Shown: positions 1 through 29,673 of the stretch, piece after piece
How positions within the stretch are numbered: the first letter of the stretch is position 1
How the letters are laid out: each line of letters begins with the position of its first letter
Source: Lingula anatina
Lineage: Eukaryota > Animalia > Brachiopoda
Reading direction: 5' to 3'
Assembly (NCBI GenBank): GCA_051362555.1
Contig: CM120640.1
Location: 8,804,001-8,868,000 of the forward strand
Length of the DNA: 64,000 nucleotides
Translations under genes and position numbers: made by a program
The notes under the pieces: model-generated
Told to the model about the DNA's origin: nothing
Database searches by the model: none
What the model saw: only the letters and a program-made list of their open reading frames with translations

Positions 1-12
1 ACTGTCTTTCAG

Positions 13-3000
13 CTGTGGACACGTCCCTCGGTTGCAGTTCTCAGCAAACTCTCCAGACTTCTGGAACCCTCAACCCATTCCGATACAATGTCCAAAACTA
101 TCCCAATAATGAGTTATGTGAATGGGTTATCCAGGGCCCAACCGGTCAGGTAAACTTACTATTGAATTTTCACGACCAAACACCATAAGTAAGAATACAT
201 ATTTATCTTTTAACAATGTTTTACCCGTTATAACGATGATAATATACAAAATGATGACGCCAACTGATAAGCTGATCGTTTTTAGGGAGTCAAATTGACG
301 AATGCTTTCTTCAACGTTGAATCCCAAAGCAGCTGCTCGTATGATGCGTTGGAAGTGTACGACGGTTCTTCTGCGAGTGCTACACGTATCGGCAAATTCT
401 GTGGATCATCCATTTCACAGCGGGAAATTCAGTCCACAGGCGATTCACTTTTCCTTCGGTTTAAATCGGACTCGAGTGTAAGAAGACAGGGCTTTGTCTT
501 TGCTTATGAACCCAGAGGTAGGTCATTTGTATATATACAGTATATACATACAGATTCAATTTTCTCTTTCTGTCTTTGTTTCTTAATATAAACTTCGAAC
601 AGTAAACATTATAGCTTTATGTATTTCTGCTTTCGTCTATTATGTTCTGGAGATACTGATAAATCAGACTGTTACATTCTGTAGATGAAGGCACGGAGGG
701 CTGGGGCTCGTGGTCATCTTGGAGCGGCTGCTCGGTAAGCTGTGGTGGCGGTACCAGGACCCGCACAAGAACATGTTTGGGCGGCGTCTGTGAAGGAGAT
801 AGTGAGCAAACAGAAGCATGCAACACACAGGGATGCCCAGGTATACATTGGTTTAAACATACTATGATATTATATCGTGCAACAGAAGTGAATGTTAAAA
901 AGTATTTTAATTGTCCATGTTTTTTTTTTCTTTTCTATTACTTTTTAATACCCATATCTTTGGACATACACCGCACCTGTTCCTTACTGAATTACTGAAA
1001 CCTTATCGACATTTATACTTGTGAAAGATTGTAACAGTATCTGGTTCATCAAAAGTAAATGTATGGGATCTTAGCAACATTGTCGAACATTGCACTGTAT
1101 AGTATATAGTATGTTTGATAATATCATGGAATGAAATATTTCAGACTGCCCGCCTGCCAATAACCCCCGGGTGATCACACTGACCAGTGGCCCATACGTG
1201 TTAGAACCATTCCCAGGTGGCAACTATGCAAACTTCATGGACTGTCACTGGAGAATCGAAGCAGATTCTGACGTCCCTGTGAGTAAACAAAAAACTTACA
1301 CGGTCTTTGTTAACACAGAGAATAAGTTATCCTGAATCAGTTTTTTTTTGTCTTCTGATCATTCTTTGCTATTGCCTGAATAAGCGTCTGTTGGTGGGTA
1401 GGATGTCAAGGTTATAGAAAGTGAACTTGTTGGAAGCACAATCGTATAGTTTTGTTTTCAATGAACAGGTCATCGCCACGTATTCCTCCATGTCTATCGA
1501 GTCTCACAGTAGCTGTGCTTACGACTGGGTTCAGACCTACGACGGAACCTCTATCAATGCCCAGCCCCTAGACCGGAAGAGGTGCGGATCTGCTCTCCCG
1601 CCGGCAGTGACATCTACTGGAAAAGACATGTTCTTGAAATTCCACAGTGACTATTCTGTTGTATTTGGTGGATTCGTAGTATGTAAGTAGGCTATGTAAA
1701 ATGTCTGAAATGTCAATATATTTGGATATAGAATACACGTCATTTAACTGTGTACAACTTGTTCTGTGGCCTTGTGAAGTAAAGTTAAGTGTCATAATTT
1801 AAAGAATGAATTTATTATATTTGTGATATTTTGAAAAAATGTCGTAAACATGTTCCCCGATGTTTAGTTCCCATCTGTGCTAGCTTATTGGTCATCAAAA
1901 TCGTGCGAGACTCCGAAGCTGAGTGCATTTATTGGAATTCTACCCAGAGTATTAAATAAAGTTACACGTAGGCCTATATATTGGACATTTTATCTGTTCT
2001 TTAAGATGATAAAAAGGTGTATTCAAGATACCAAACAGAGAAAAAGAGTAATGGCATATTTAAATTTCTGCTGGTGAGGGTTCGTAAACGGTTAATATAT
2101 GTACTGAAAATGTCTCATCAAATCATTTTCTCTCTCTATTTCAGCGTTTGAAAAACAAGGTGAGTTTCATACATCGGTTTTAAAATAAAAATAGAGAAGC
2201 CAGAGACATCACATTGGAAAATCACATTGATAAATATAATCACATTGATAAATATAATTTAACGGTATCTAAGAGAATTGATTAATTGCGATTATAACTG
2301 CGGAAATTAACCGAAAGCTCATGGAAAATCAAGTTTTAACTTGCGGTAACTAGAAATAAATAGTATTTCAGAAACTGATTTTGAATATAATCTTTTTGAA
2401 TGTATAGGCCCTATGTGTAAAAGGAAAATAGTCAGTATCTTTTTGTTTTATATAGGACCTATCGATGGTAACTGGGCAGAGTGGGGAGACTGGAGCGATT
2501 GTGACGCCACATGTGGTGGTGGCACTCAGTCACGAAGCAGAACATGTACCAACCCTCCTCCTTCCAACAATGGCGCTGATTGTGTGGGTCCCTCATCAGA
2601 GACTCGAACATGTAATCCTGATGCTTGCCCAGGTAGAGTTTTAATTGTATCGACATTCCTGTTCTGCAAAAGTAAAAGGCAGTTTAACCTTTTTCATGTT
2701 TGTACAAGTGGAAATTTCACACAAAACAAAACGTATATTATTATAATATTTGAAGTGAGTTATATAGATATAAGATATAATTATATTTGAAGTGAAGTAT
2801 ATAGATCGAATCTAGTCTTTTCAATGAAGTGAAAGTGGACTGTTTTTGTCGTTTTGTAGTCCCTGTCGACGGAATGTGGTCCACCTGGTCAGGATGGACT
2901 GGCTGTAGCGTCACTTGTGGAACTGGTTCTCAGAGCAGATCCAGAACTTGTACTAATCCTCCCCCATCCAACGGAGGGGCTGATTGTATTGGAGGAACCA

Positions 3001-6000
3001 CTGAATCCCAAATCTGCACTCTAGATCCGTGTCCAAGTAAGGTTTTGGTAAAATCTTTGGAGAGAATGCTTTCACATAAAAAGTCTGTGTGTATCTGATC
3101 TGTAGCAGTGATCAGTCTTCTTTCAACAGTCACTTTCATAACATGTTATTTCATTCAAGACCTTGGGTCCATAAAATAATTCATCATAAAATAATTATAT
3201 CGTAAAAGGAGTGATTTAATTCTAAAATCAGTTTGGATTCCATTCTAGACAAGAGTTTGAATGCGAAAATCAGAGTTGGCAAACAATTCATTTACCAAAG
3301 TAATTGAGATACGACAGAAGTCACTAAGAAAAGTCGTTATCTATTATCTACGAGCTTTGGCTGGGCATAAGTCGCACTTGTTATTTCATGTACAGTTAAC
3401 AGTAGGCTCTGCGTAACTCGGGACCACAAAATCTAGGTACTGAGTTACACTAACATTCGAGTTTGACAATGTAAATGTAAGTTTCAGCTCATACCAAAGA
3501 AAAAACCTGTTTCTCATTATTTGTCCGAGACAAGGATAATTCGAGGTACAATTTATGTGAAGCCCACTGTGTTTTGCTTCCAATGAGGGGCAGCAACTGG
3601 CGAGGGTTTATCTAGATAATAGTAACTAACTTACGTGGTGTCTACTTTCAGTTGATGGTGGCTGGGGAAGCTGGTCAACGTGGTCATCATGTACAGTTAC
3701 CTGTGGTGGTGGGGTCATCTCCAGGAGCAGATCATGTGACAGCCCTCCACCCCAGTTTGGCGGTCAAAACTGCTCAGGCAGTGATGTTGACACCCAGGAA
3801 TGTGCAACAAACACGTGTCCAAGTAGGTTCATATGGTGTTTATATTTCTGCAAACAGTGGTACTTTTTGTATTAAAATAAATGCTAGTAATGGTATTGTA
3901 TACTATCGTGTGATAATGTGTGACATGTTTTGAATATCAGAGCAGGTGCTTAATTCAAGCTGTTTGTTTCAGGTTGGAGCGAGTGGTCCGCGTGGTCTGA
4001 CTGTTCCAAAACCTGCGGCGGTGGCTCTCAGAGCAGATCCAGAAGTTGCACAAGTTCAACAGGAGTACACGACGACAGCGATTGTCCAGGATCCTCCTCC
4101 GAAACGCAGGCCTGTAATACCGACGTTTGTCCAGGTATATTATAAATCCTATTGTAATGTTCTTGCAGGCACGTTTCAATGTTAATGATACATTGCACGG
4201 TCATTATTATTTGCATACGGTTATGACTCGATGTTTCCATTGGGCAGAAATTGTCAAACCCTCGGGTACATTATTTCATTATCACAAAATAATATTTTTA
4301 TATAGCATTTGTGTTGCTTTTATTGTATAGAATATAACTAAAGAATGGCCTGTTTTTTTAAATTGTTGCTAACACTTAAAAGGAATGGTTTAATTCTATG
4401 GCTTAAAAATACAGTATCTGTATTTCCCCCATTGATCGGTTATATTCTTTAATTTGGAATGGCGTTGGGTTCTTGCATCTAAATCGAAGCCTTGTAGAAT
4501 TAGATTTGTCCTCGTACTACGCAACTGCACTACACGCACGCACACAGACTCCGAGACCCCCACCCCCACCCCCACCCCCTCAAACATGTATATAAGATTG
4601 TGACCTGTATTTTCGACAGCTCCAGTCGACGGTGGATGGGGAGAGTGGAGTGCTTATGGAGACTGTAGTGTTACCTGTGGTGATGGCACAAAGACCAGGA
4701 CCAGGGAATGTAATAGTCCACCTCCCGCGAACGGGGGCGCCGACTGCGAAGGAAACGGTTCAGAAACAAGCGCGTGCAATTTAGGAGCATGTCCAAGTAT
4801 GTCATTTCGTAAACACTGTAATTATATTTATCAACCAAACATCAATGTATCTCATTTGGTGGGTTAGATATCTTTAAAAAAATTCCAGTAATTTTAATCT
4901 GCTATCAATGGCAGGGAATTTGACGAATGCACTGAACTATTGGTTACATTTCAGTCGAACCTGATGATGATTGGGGTTATTGGACAACATGGACAGCATG
5001 CTCCACAACCGTATGTAGCGCAAATAGCGCCAGAACCAGAGCCAGAAAATGCCTTGGAACCAATTGTCCTGGAGCAAACTTCCAGTTTCAACCATGTTTC
5101 CCTAACTTCCCTACATGCGAGGGTAAGTAAATGTATTGTGATAAAACACGGTCAAATACACTTTTTGTTTTGTTTTACTGCAGTTAACAGTGTAATTTCC
5201 AGTAAAAGGTGCCTTGTTTATTAACAATAGCATGGATAGGCTACTTAACATCTGCATCAAAAGACCAATGCTATATTATATCCCTCTCCTGCTTTTAAAG
5301 CATTTCTTAACTTGATATATTAGGATACAGTGAGTGGACCAAGTGGTCTCAGTGCTCTGCCAACTGTGGAGGCGGTCAAAGAACCCGCACTAGACAATGC
5401 CTCGGCAGCCAATGTGACGGACCCAGCAGTGAATCACAGTCATGTAACAATTTCAATTGTCCAGGTACTTGTCGTCTCTTTTCTGACGAGATCATTTTAT
5501 CTTCTTGCTTGTATTTTGCAAGGGTTTACGAGAAGTTGTCTATCGGTCCGAATGATTTAATTTTTTCATTTTTTTAAAACTTACGATTTCCTAATTATCT
5601 TTAGGGTGTTAAACATATGTTTGAACTCTCAATTGTTCGATTACAACACCGCACAATCTTCAGTACAGTTGTTCTGCATTGCATTGTGGCCTACCTGTCT
5701 AGATTTTTATAAACGGATTTATTTCAGTGTGCCAACCTGCATCTAATCCAGCAGTTATCACAATAACCGATGATGGTCAAATTTTGGAGCCATTCCCCGG
5801 GGCAAATTACGGCGCTAATTTGGACTGTTACTGGCTCGTTCAATCAGATACCAAGGTGAGACGATTATATGTCCCCACATTTAAGTTTTTCTCCTAGCAT
5901 CAGCCTCGTTTCCCTCCGACAGATTCTTGTTTCCTGAGTTCAAGAACACATTTTAGTAGTTGGAATTTTTTGCTTCACATTGTGGATAGTTGAACTCGCG

Positions 6001-6294
6001 TCGTATGTAATGAAAATTTAGCATAAAAGTTGAGCGCGGGGGGATTTTCAACTACTTGACGTTGGACATAATACCATTACAGATCAGAGCGGAGTTCCAA
6101 TACCTTGGTATACAGTATAGTTCCACCTGCGGCACTGACTATTTAATTGCAAGGGACGGACCCGAAACAAGCAGCCCTCAAATTAATAAAATTTGCGGCA
6201 CATACGCTGGAGCTTTCCAGTCGACGCAGAACCAGATACTGTTGCATTTCCATTCGAGTAGCTCCACAAGCGATATTGGCTTCCAGATTAGTAA

Positions 6295-6376
<82 letters not shown>

Positions 6377-9300
6377 TCGTAATAACGATGACAGCTATGA
6401 TTTACTTATTCAGGCAACATAATGCAATTACATCATTGACAGGAACACATGGCTGATATGAATGTAGCACGTTTCGTAAGAGGATAGAGACTCGGTTCAC
6501 ATTGTTTATGGAACTACCTGTTGTATTTTAGCCTTCACTAAGCTGTGTACCGGGGATCAACACAGGTGCGGCGATGGAACCTGCATTGAAAGAGCCAACG
6601 TCTGTGACAACACGCCACAGTGTTCCGACGGCAGTGACGAACCTGGAGACGGTGGTTGCGGTAAGGCGGGGATTAATGGGGATTTCCCTTTTAATACCTA
6701 ATATATTAATTAACTAGCCTTGACTTTCACATTGGTGGCCCCTTAACGTTTCTGCCAGTTGTTTTGTGAACTGTACATTAAAAAATTAGGTTCCCTACAA
6801 ATGTCAGGTGAGTCGTGACTAAGGTATCTTGTCTTCATACTTCATTTTCGTTATAAATAAAAAATCATATTATTGTGGTTTATTACACAGGATGGATGCC
6901 ATGGGGTTCTTGGAGCTCGTGTTCAGTTCTCTGTGGAGGCGGTACCAAAACCCGCACCAGATCTTGTGTAAGCGGCAACCCAAGTCTACACTGTCCCGGC
7001 GCCAGCAGTGATTCCGTTTCGTGTAATACTCAAGTTTGTCTCGGTATGTGTGTTTACGTTGTGATACGCGTCGCTTGGCACCTTTAAAGCGTATAGTATA
7101 ATGAAAATGATAAGATGTGAATATTTCCAAAAAATTAAATATGACATATCGTAAGAAGAATGAAAGAAAGAATCAAGAATCTAGGTTTTAAAATGTTTAC
7201 TAGTCCGCAAGCACGGATTTTTATGTAAAGCATGGAACCCCCTTGTTAACATTTATACGTAATACTTCAGATTGCCCGCCAGAAACTTCCCCTAGGGTTA
7301 TTACCGTTGGCTCTGCGGACGAGATTTTCGAACCCTGGCCAAATGCGAATTATCAGAACGACATGGACTGCTTCTGGCTCGTTGAAGCATCCGCCCAGGT
7401 AAGTCGTGATTACATGTAGACACTATAATATTTCTTTCTTAATTATACTGAAGCGCGGCAAACTAAACGCCGTTAACCCCTTTAACTGCCCAAGTCAATG
7501 TTGTGTGAATAAGACACGGCAAGTAGCTTTTACCGGTGCTGTTTGTGTTTATAAATACTTTGAAGATAACAAACAATTACATACCTGAATAATGTTAACA
7601 ACGTTTTGCTATTTATTTTTAGATTGAGATCAACTTTAATGCTGTATCGATTGAAAGTCACTCCAGCTGTGCATACGACTGGTTAGAGTTCTTTGACGGT
7701 TCCACTGTCGACGGTACTGTTATTGGTGGGAAAGTGTGCGGAACCTCCACGCCCTCCGCCAGGGTATCCAAGTCCAATACTGTACTGGTCAAATTTCACT
7801 CCGACTACTCAGAAGTCCGCAGTGGATTCAAACTTAGTAAGTTGTTAAATTATGGTTATAAAGCAAATAATTTATATGTTCAAATTCTTAGACACGGAAA
7901 AACAAATAGCTGTTGATGTTTATCATATTTGATTTTTAAAAGTTTTTATGAAAGGGCAATCTTCAGCTCAGCATGATATCCCTGCAGAGTTGTACGATAT
8001 TCTGTGCACATGGAAGATGTTGTATTACCATAACATGTACGTATCTCCTTGCAGCTTTCAGTGAAGCTTGCGGTTCCAGCGAATATCGGTGTGATAATGG
8101 CCAATGCGTATCTGGAGCAAGGTGTGATAACGTTACTCAGTGTCAGGATGGCAGTGATGAACCGTCGTCTTGCTTCCCAGACCTCTCCCGTGAGTGTTTT
8201 TTTCCAATTAACAGCGTGGTTTCATGAAAATTACGGTCAGCATCTTTGATATGTCTTACTTAAAGTGAATTATTAGTAATTACTAAGTATGCTAACAAAA
8301 GATAAAATAATTGTCATAACTCTTCAACATTACTGCAGGCGAGCAAATTTTAGGGCTCCATTATGAGAAATTATACCAAGGAGTTACAACAGAACTCCTT
8401 GATTATACCAAGTTTTATACTCGCAAATAAATGAATGCAACTTGCATTTAAACAAAGCCGCAGGTGGATTACTTACGTCTGCATTACTTTTCTAGAGTGT
8501 GGTATCCGAAATAGCGGCCCGTCTGCAGCGATTGTCGGGGGCACTGAAGCCACGCCCCATTCATGGCCATGGCAGGTACGCATGTACATTCCCCCCGGTT
8601 ATATGTGCGGCGGTGTTCTCATAACTGACGAGTGGGTGCTGACGGCCGCGCATTGCATTCAAAGGTAAGGTCATCAATGTATACTTTATATGCCATTAAT
8701 ATATAATTGGGTATAGCTTAGTTCTCTGACCATGTACAACTCAATTATATCATGCAGGCGCATCTACTATTTTCTTTCCTTCTTTAGTATTTTTTGTTCG
8801 TTTTATTAGTGACATAGTTATTAAGAATTTATATGCCGCCTCCATACAATTATATTAAAGGAAAAAATGTTTTTCTTGTAGCACAAGTCCCACAGGCTAT
8901 GAGGCAATCATAGGTGACCACAGTAGGAGTACCACTGAAAGCGCCCAGGTGACAAAGTCACTCAGCAGAATTATCAAGCACGAGAGTTACAGCGGGGTGG
9001 TGTCTGGTTACGACATTGCTCTGGTGAAACTCAGTTCTCCCGTCACCTTGTCGGCTGAGCGCAACATAGCTTGCCTCCCCGCCAGTGGTGAGGAACTCAA
9101 CGACGGGCACGAGTGTTGGACTACAGGCTGGGGCACAACGTCTTCTGGAGGTAATGCTACATTTTCCGTGCTTGGGCTTCTTATTGGGTTTGTTTTTCAA
9201 TTGAAATTCCTTGATCTGTTTTTTTTAAGAACTTGTATGAATTTAAAATGTATGACCTAGAATGTGGTAGTAGCTAGGATTCAAAGCAATGCATTTTGTA

Positions 9301-9932
9301 AGCAAAAAGGGTGCGAAGCACGTCTGATTACTATGATTTCAAATTGAGGAGGTTTTTGGTTCGTTACAGGGAGTACCAGCACTGTTCTGAGGGAGGTCCG
9401 TGTTGACTACATCAAAACAACCACGTGTAGAAGTGATTCGAATTACAACAGTATTGCTGACACGTCTGTCTGTGCCGGCGAAGCTGGAAAAGATGCTTGT
9501 CAGGTAACTTACAATAAATAGTTAGCGTATTTGCATATTGTACAAAGTCGTCTGATTAAAATTTTTTTTGTCAGCTGTAACTCATATCACCACTATTTGA
9601 ATGTGTTACTCGTTTGGTTCCACGTATAAGATTAAAAAAGAATATTGGCAATTTATTGTCAACTTGCGAAGACTAAGATTTTCAGTTATATTACGGGATC
9701 AATAGTCCTTGTTTTTTACGTGTTTTAAGTCATTTTAACAACTATCTTGTCATTTCAGGGTGACTCAGGCGGTCCTCTGGTGTGCAAGTTCGGCACTGGT
9801 TCTTCCGAAAGGTGGAAGCTAATGGGCCTAACCAGCTGGGGTAGGGGCTGTGCGGCAGCCGGATACCCGGGGGTGTACGCCAAGGTCTCCACCCTGGTCG
9901 ACTGGGTTAACGAGAAGATGCAGAATAACTAA
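13..9932 (+). CDS. Mosaic S1A (trypsin-family) serine protease, paralog A, 5'-partial: CUB-TSP1-CUB-TSP1x7-CUB-LDLa-TSP1-CUB-LDLa-trypsin (~1300 aa within window)
   Basis: 24 GT-AG exons with consistent phase: 13-149, 286-517, 685-840, 1145-1278, 1469-1682, 2145-2159, 2456-2632, 2860-3036, 3652-3822, 3973-4134, 4620-4796, 4955-5122, 5324-5464, 5728-5855, 6083-6290, 6532-6660, 6891-7043, 7271-7398, 7623-7836, 8055-8189, 8496-8664, 8882-9150, 9370-9503, 9759-9932. CUB motifs ([22 protein letters not shown]), TSP1 WxxWxxWxxCSxTCGGG..RxRxC, LDLa C..DGSDE, catalytic triad TAAHC / YDIAL / GDSGGP, and GKDAC (Asp189). Confidence 0.93.
2145..2159 (+). other. 15-nt phase-1 microexon of protease A, encoding (S)FEKQ(G)
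   Basis: Polypyrimidine tract plus TTTCAG acceptor, then CGTTTGAAAAACAAG, then GTGAGT donor. It completes the last CUB strand after GFVV. Confidence 0.8.
6296..6374. repeat. (TA)n microsatellite
   Basis: Perfect TA run starting inside the GTAAGT donor after exon 6083-6290. Confidence 0.97.
8377..8401. mobile_element. 25-bp palindromic micro-insertion with 7-bp TSD (P-superfamily-like remnant)
   Basis: ATTATAC [CAAGGAGTT ACAACAG AACTCCTTG] ATTATAC. Confidence 0.7.
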
Positions 9933-10152
9933 AACTGCCTATCCGACGCCATGACGATTCACTGCATTTTGGAATGTTCATTGTTTTAAACGTCTTTGGA
10001 AAAGATATTTATATTAAGGCATGTTCATTGTTTTAACATTTTAAACGAAATTCAGATTTTGAATATTGTTATTCTAAATGGGTCTTGTTGTTGACATTTT
10101 TCTCTTTTTTTAAACTCTCACACGAAACATGAAATTTATGTCACTGACCTTA

Positions 10153-10158
10153 AATAAA
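10153..10158 (+). terminator. Candidate polyadenylation signal of protease A
   Basis: AATAAA ~220 nt after the stop codon, followed by T-rich sequence. Confidence 0.45.
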
Positions 10159-11316
10159 ATTGCATTTTTTTTATCTAAGAACTATTGCCAATGAAAAAAT
10201 TAATAAAATTTCAATTGCTTTTGAAAACTGTGTTAAAATAAATTTTCGAAATAAATTTTATGAATTCAACCACAGGCTGTTCATTTTCTTGTCAAGTATA
10301 CGCGCAAACATTTCCTTTTTTCCTCCCTGTGGTTTGCAGCAAATGTGCAGTTTGCTGGAGAAGGGGATTAAAGCATTTAGTTTTTAGTACTTTAACTAAA
10401 GAATTTTGCAGAAAAGATGTAGATAAATAAATTGAATTTAAAAACACCAGATATGGCACCGAGTCGTTCAGTGAACAGAATTGTCGAGCTTTTGGACCGT
10501 ATTAAAATTTTGGGACAGGTTTTGAAAGGAAGCAACAGTTTAAAAATATTTAAACAAAAGCAGTACTCATTTAAATAAGCTCCCTAATATTTTGCCAGGC
10601 TGAGCCTTTCATATTACGTTACGCACGATGTCATTTATTAAACTCAACCAACATTACATCAATTCACGATCGACCACTTGACGATAACAAACGTGCAGAT
10701 TAACTGGTTGTCTCTGGTAATTAGGGTTTAAAGAGATGAGACAGACCAGTCCGTACAAGGGTCTGCAAAGGATCTTCTGAGCCCCACTTCATCAGTTCCA
10801 ATTTTATTGCAATATTTTAACAATAGAAGATAAACCACATAAATCCCATCGAGCACGGTTTAATGTTCGGTTTTAAGTAACAAACTCTGCTCAAAAAGAT
10901 AGCAATAACACGTTCCAGCGACATGAATAATATTTGTTAGAACGTTATAAGGAACATTTTAAAAAGTACCAATTAAATAATTCTGAATATTGCGGTAAAA
11001 TGCGTCTGCTATCCGTAGGAGTCATGCAAACCTTTTTAGATTTTTGTATCATTTATCGACAGTACGTCATTGCGCGGAATGCGCTAGTATTTCCCAATCA
11101 CGCTCCTTGACCAAGAGAAAACTTCTCAGTGGCTGAACGCCAGGAAATAGAGCGTGTCGAAAACGGACTTGCTGAACGCACATCAGCTGCAAAACGGATT
11201 TCGTCACCATCGCTACTCTGAACTCTCTACGACTGTGAATGTGACAGTGTGAGTAGGCCGGCTGGGACTGGAAAAAGGAGTGCGAGGAATAACGTGTAAG
11301 GTAGTAAGCAGACACG

Positions 11317-28475
<17,159 letters not shown>

Positions 28476-28599
28476 TGCAACTCGAAAAAAAGTTTATTGA
28501 TAAATCATGAAAATATTAGAGAGTTTAACTCTAGCTTATTAGGGCCTCTTTTGGTAGTTTTGAATGAATACTATGAACGTGGTTTATCTTTATGGGTTA

Positions 28600-28605
28600 A
28601 ATAAA
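28600..28605 (+). terminator. Candidate polyadenylation signal of protease B
   Basis: AATAAA ~125 nt after the stop codon. Confidence 0.45.
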
Positions 28606-29063
28606 AGTATACTGCAACTGTGAAAATGTTATAATCAGCGTAATTATCATTGTCTATTTTGAGATAGGCCTAATAAAAATATTATCTGTTTAACGTTTCG
28701 TTAAAAATAATCCTTGGATACTTTTACTAGTCGTTGTGTCTTTACAACTTCTTGACGTGGGATTCATGAAAAGAACAAGGATGGTACAGCGCCGATGGAA
28801 TGGGCCAAATATTGTTAAAAACGGACCATGGCATCAACTTGTACAGTTACACCGGATGAATCGCGTGTCTTAAAACATTTTTTTATGTTTTGAGTTTAAA
28901 GCAGTCGTGTCGGAATAGTTACATGTGCCACAGGGATAATGGGTCCAGGGTCAAAGCTACTTTGATGTAATGAGGCAGAGTTTATCAAGCCATAGGAAGA
29001 CAGAAAACCAGGAAGAAACCTAACTTATTTAAATTTGAATGAGCTTTTTACTTTTTTCTAATT

Positions 29064-29094
<31 letters not shown>

Positions 29095-29338
29095 TTCTAA
29101 AGGTTTTCCTTTCTCTAATTATCCTTGTTTTATTTTATTATTATTATTTTGGGGTGGTGATGATTGGGTATGCCATTTGGCTTTTGACTTAATTCTGGTT
29201 TGGATATTACTCAAATATCGTCATCACGTACACTTCAACTGCATGGAAATGAAAAACATGATCAATCATGTTATATCGATGGCCAGTTTTGGCTATTGCA
29301 AAAATAAAAACTACACCTCACCGATGTTGACTAAGATT

Positions 29339-29347
29339 ACCGGAAGT
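29339..29347 (+). promoter_or_regulatory. ETS-type motif in the putative NLR gene promoter
   Basis: ACCGGAAGT ~330 nt upstream of the CARD ATG, in a CpG-retaining stretch. A possible 5' UTR donor lies near 29480 and an acceptor at 29637-29638. Confidence 0.35.
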
Positions 29348-29673
29348 ATATTCGGGTGTGAAGCTGTAGCCTGCAGAGTGCTTGCAGTGAGAGAATGCAC
29401 TGTCCTGGTCGTGAAAGTTTTTAGAAAATGCAAGTCTGAAAATCTCGTGCACATTGCAGATTCGTATTTATGGCAGTTTGGTAAAAACGCAATGTAAACA
29501 AATTATGAAAATTTGTTGCTACATTGTATATGTTAATCATGAATCAATGATAGTCAACCTCGGACAGTTTATATGGCGGACAGTTGGAGTATAGGCCACA
29601 AAGACTGTCAATTTATTAGTTACGTCATACATAACCAGTTGAAAAATCCACGCACAAACAGACACTCACTGAC

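Noticed and set aside
6056-6422. ORFs with long YIYIYI tracts, and similar THTHTH, VCVCVC and IIIII ORFs elsewhere
   Set aside because: Read-through of exons or introns into microsatellites; the true exon here ends at the donor after 6290.
9933-11316. Possibility that the two protease regions form one polyprotease gene
   Set aside because: Protease A ends in a stop codon followed by AATAAA, and B begins with its own ATG and signal-peptide exon.
29039-29497. 152-aa plus-strand ORF upstream of the CARD exon
   Set aside because: Low-complexity TTTA-derived N-terminus and no domain; more likely promoter or 5' UTR sequence.
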